Shown here: piece after piece, positions 61,348-64,000 of the stretch
Layout: each line of letters begins with the position of its first letter
Numbering within the stretch: position 1 is the stretch's first letter
Source of the DNA: Negaprion brevirostris
Lineage: Eukaryota
DNA: 64,000 nt
Direction of reading: 5' to 3'
Assembly (NCBI GenBank): GCA_030324005.1
Contig: JARDVH010000132.1
Span: 69,050,040-69,114,039, forward strand
Notes under the pieces: generated by a model
What the model saw: only the letters and a program-made list of their open reading frames with translations
The model's database searches: none
Told to the model about the DNA's origin: nothing
Made by a program: the position numbers and the translations under genes

Positions 61348-64000
61348 GTACAGAAGAAAGCCAGAAAGGCAGTCTATTGTTATCACAATTAAATTAAAGG
61401 AACGATACCATTATGTGAAACGTGTTGCCACGGTATTTACCACTTTTTGCCTTCAAATCTGTTTACAAAGGTTAGTATTTTTCTCGTCTGTTGCCGTACA
61501 AATGTATGAAGCCTAGACTTTTCAAAAAAAATTAATTGGGATGTTTTTACACCTAATTAATAAAGGTTAAGAAATACCCATACAGCAGTTTGTAAAGCTA
61601 CACAAAAGCATTGCAACTATAGGGCTTGGTATTGTTTAAAGGGGTAAGAAATTGCAACTATTTATTTTCTGTGATGGTGCAAAAAAATGACTGCAGGGTT
61701 GGTGATGTTTTTGTTGATGCAGAAGGGGGTTTAAATGACATAATGTGGGTTTGTGTGTATGCAGGCGAGACAGAGACCTAGAAGGATTTTTTTTCTGGGG
61801 CTTGATCCTCATGATGTCAGCTTTTCAGCGTGTATGGAGCAGATTATTTTAATGACGATAAAGGACATTGGAACGGTTTTTTAATTAACTCTCAAACAGC
61901 TCTTGGTTTTGTAAACAGTTGGGTTACCTACATGTTAGTTTAAGCAATCCATTTCGCACATTACAACCAGGGCATTTTACATTCACAGCAAATACAACCG
62001 ACGGCTCAAAATGTACTAATGTAAATTCAATGCCAATTTGCAGCATTTCAATATTTTTCCAATTGTTTTGTGTCCATCATTTCAGATTCCACTTTCACCC
62101 TCCATATAAATCAAAAACTCAATTTGAAGACCAAAGCCGTTTGTGAAAAGCTGCAAGGGGGCGGGGAGGGGGGGGGGCGCTGGTCTGGATGGAGAGAGGC
62201 TTTGCTTTTCTAGCCAGTGTTATGATGAAGGCTTTTCACTTTGTACAGGCGCCAGGGTTTTGCTCCGTACTTCAAAGCGGCAGGAACACTAGATAGAAGA
62301 TATTTAATGAGGCTAAATAAAGCAATACATTGAAATTAAATTAGGTACATTCTGAAATGGTGAAATGTTGACATGTGCATCAATGCAACGTGACTGACAA
62401 GCTTATATTTGTAAAAATGAAATGTCTTACAACCATAGATGGCTGGGATATCTCGCATTTGTATGTGGTTGAACTTGAAGCTGGATAGTGTTAGTAGGAT
62501 AAAATGTCCTCGTGGAGCAATTCACCTAGAATCTGATTTTTATATGCATGGCTGGTCAGTTCAAGACTTGATTAATGTCAGACTTCATTGTATTAGGTAT
62601 TTACTTTGGATTAAAATATTACATTTTCCCACTGGCTTTCAGGCTGTTTATGAGCCAGCTGCAGCAATGAAGTCAAGGTACGATTACTGGGGTTCTGGCA
62701 AAGTATTTTTCCTCCCCCTCCAGGTTCACGCCCGCTGATGCAGAAACTTAAGATCATTTTAGAAAGTGGGAGGCGAAGGAAAATATGAATGAAATTAAAA
62801 CGCTAGTTTTAAATGTCTCTGCCCGGGACAGATAAAATGCGATTCTAAATCCGATCCTAATCACTTACAGCCTTGCCAATGNNNNNNNNNNNNNNNNNNN
62901 GAGAATATATTTTAAAGAGCGATAATGATATTCAGTGCCAGAGAATGGGCTGCTTTATTGCAGAGCTGCCGAATGCACTTGGCATTCAGACAGTAACACA
63001 TGGACCCAGGGCTTGTGGCATTTTAATTCATTCGGGGGCCGTAGCAAAGGACAATACGCAAACTCCACTAAAGCGCAGCAACATCGAGCTTGCATGAAAT
63101 ACCACACACTTGTGGAATTTACACACAAGCCTAACTGTCGATTTACATTTTAATAAAAATTGAATTCGGTAAGTTTTTGTATTAATTGGTGCCGACTCAG
63201 GTCATTTAACTGGAGTCTCTTCCTCCTCTCGATATTGTGATTTAAGGAGAAATCGGTGGTTTATTCGCATTCACTGTTTACATAACATGTTTGCTGCCTG
63301 ACCTGGTTTCCATGAATCGGACATTAGTTTCGTCTGATCTCCTGATGCCTTTCTGATCTGTGCGGGGAGACCTCATTCAGTAATCCCACTGCTTCCAGAA
63401 AAGCTCTCCGTCATACATCTTCAAACACATCAGCCACCCTGTGCAACCTCGATTACACATTTGGTGTTTTTTTTTCCTTAAACTTACAAATCCGTGCGTT
63501 TAAAGTCAAAACACATTAAACCGGTGCGAAAGTTGCACGGATGTCCAGCTCGACCCGTCGTTCTCCGTTTGCAAATTTCCCCATTGATGACAAAACATTT
63601 TTAACAAAGGCAAATGTTGTTTTCTGTCTGAAGCCGCAGCTAGCTGTCACTCTCGGGCTGTGGGCTTGTTGACGGGCCGGGAGCCAGTGAATGAAGGCGG
63701 GGCTGAAGATGGGTTTCCTTGTGTGGGAACTGGAGGCGAATGTCATTCTACCAGCACTTTTTTATTGTTTTAAAATACACTTTTAACCTTTTAAAACAGC
63801 GTTTGAAGGAGCTCGGTGTAACCCCACGGGTTCAGATTTGATTGCAAGCAGGAAACCAAGATTTTGATATTGGGTTTCGAGGTGGTTGCTGCTTTACGAG
63901 GGATGGCAAAACTCCCCCACTTCATTCCTGTTTGTTTTGTATGGGAATACTGCTCTTCTTTCAGCTCCCTTCAATTTATGTGGAATGGGATGCGAGTCCT

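Noticed and set aside
61348-61397. C-terminal GTEESQKGSLLLSQLN of the 153-aa ORF
   Set aside because: Read-through into intron 1 past the GT donor at 61348

Overview
Vertebrate genomic DNA, almost certainly a cartilaginous fish (shark). Evidence: HE1/V-SINE-type SINEs, CR1/HER1-type LINEs, a DeuSINE remnant and a shark-type GPR139-like GPCR fragment. It is a draft assembly with many N-gaps. Two host genes are visible on the + strand in the same order as in human: the last coding exon of UMAD1 (14513-14779) and exon 1 of GLCCI1 (ATG 60936, donor after 61347), preceded by a CCAAT-box-rich promoter. The rest is UMAD1 intron and ~46 kb of intergenic DNA packed with decayed transposons (CR1, Rex/Babar, RTE, Vingi, Gypsy, pogo, Harbinger, SINEs, MITEs). 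The most unusual object is a ~3.2-kb LTR-bounded element (39442-42688) with TG..CA termini, a tRNA-Ser-like PBS and a PPT. Its interior shows no recognisable pol; it carries a decayed coiled-coil reading frame resembling host UACA, which suggests gene capture by an LTR retroelement. Other oddities: an orphan 3' fragment of a GPR139-like receptor; two copies of a CR1 whose 3' end is a whole diverged HE1 SINE; a decayed Penelope-type hammerhead palindrome; a short template-switch inversion; a periodic alternating CCAAT array with a uORF at GLCCI1; and a telomere-like contig that is probably misplaced in a gap. All homology calls come from my recall of family sequences, not from database searches. 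Repeat boundaries are approximate.
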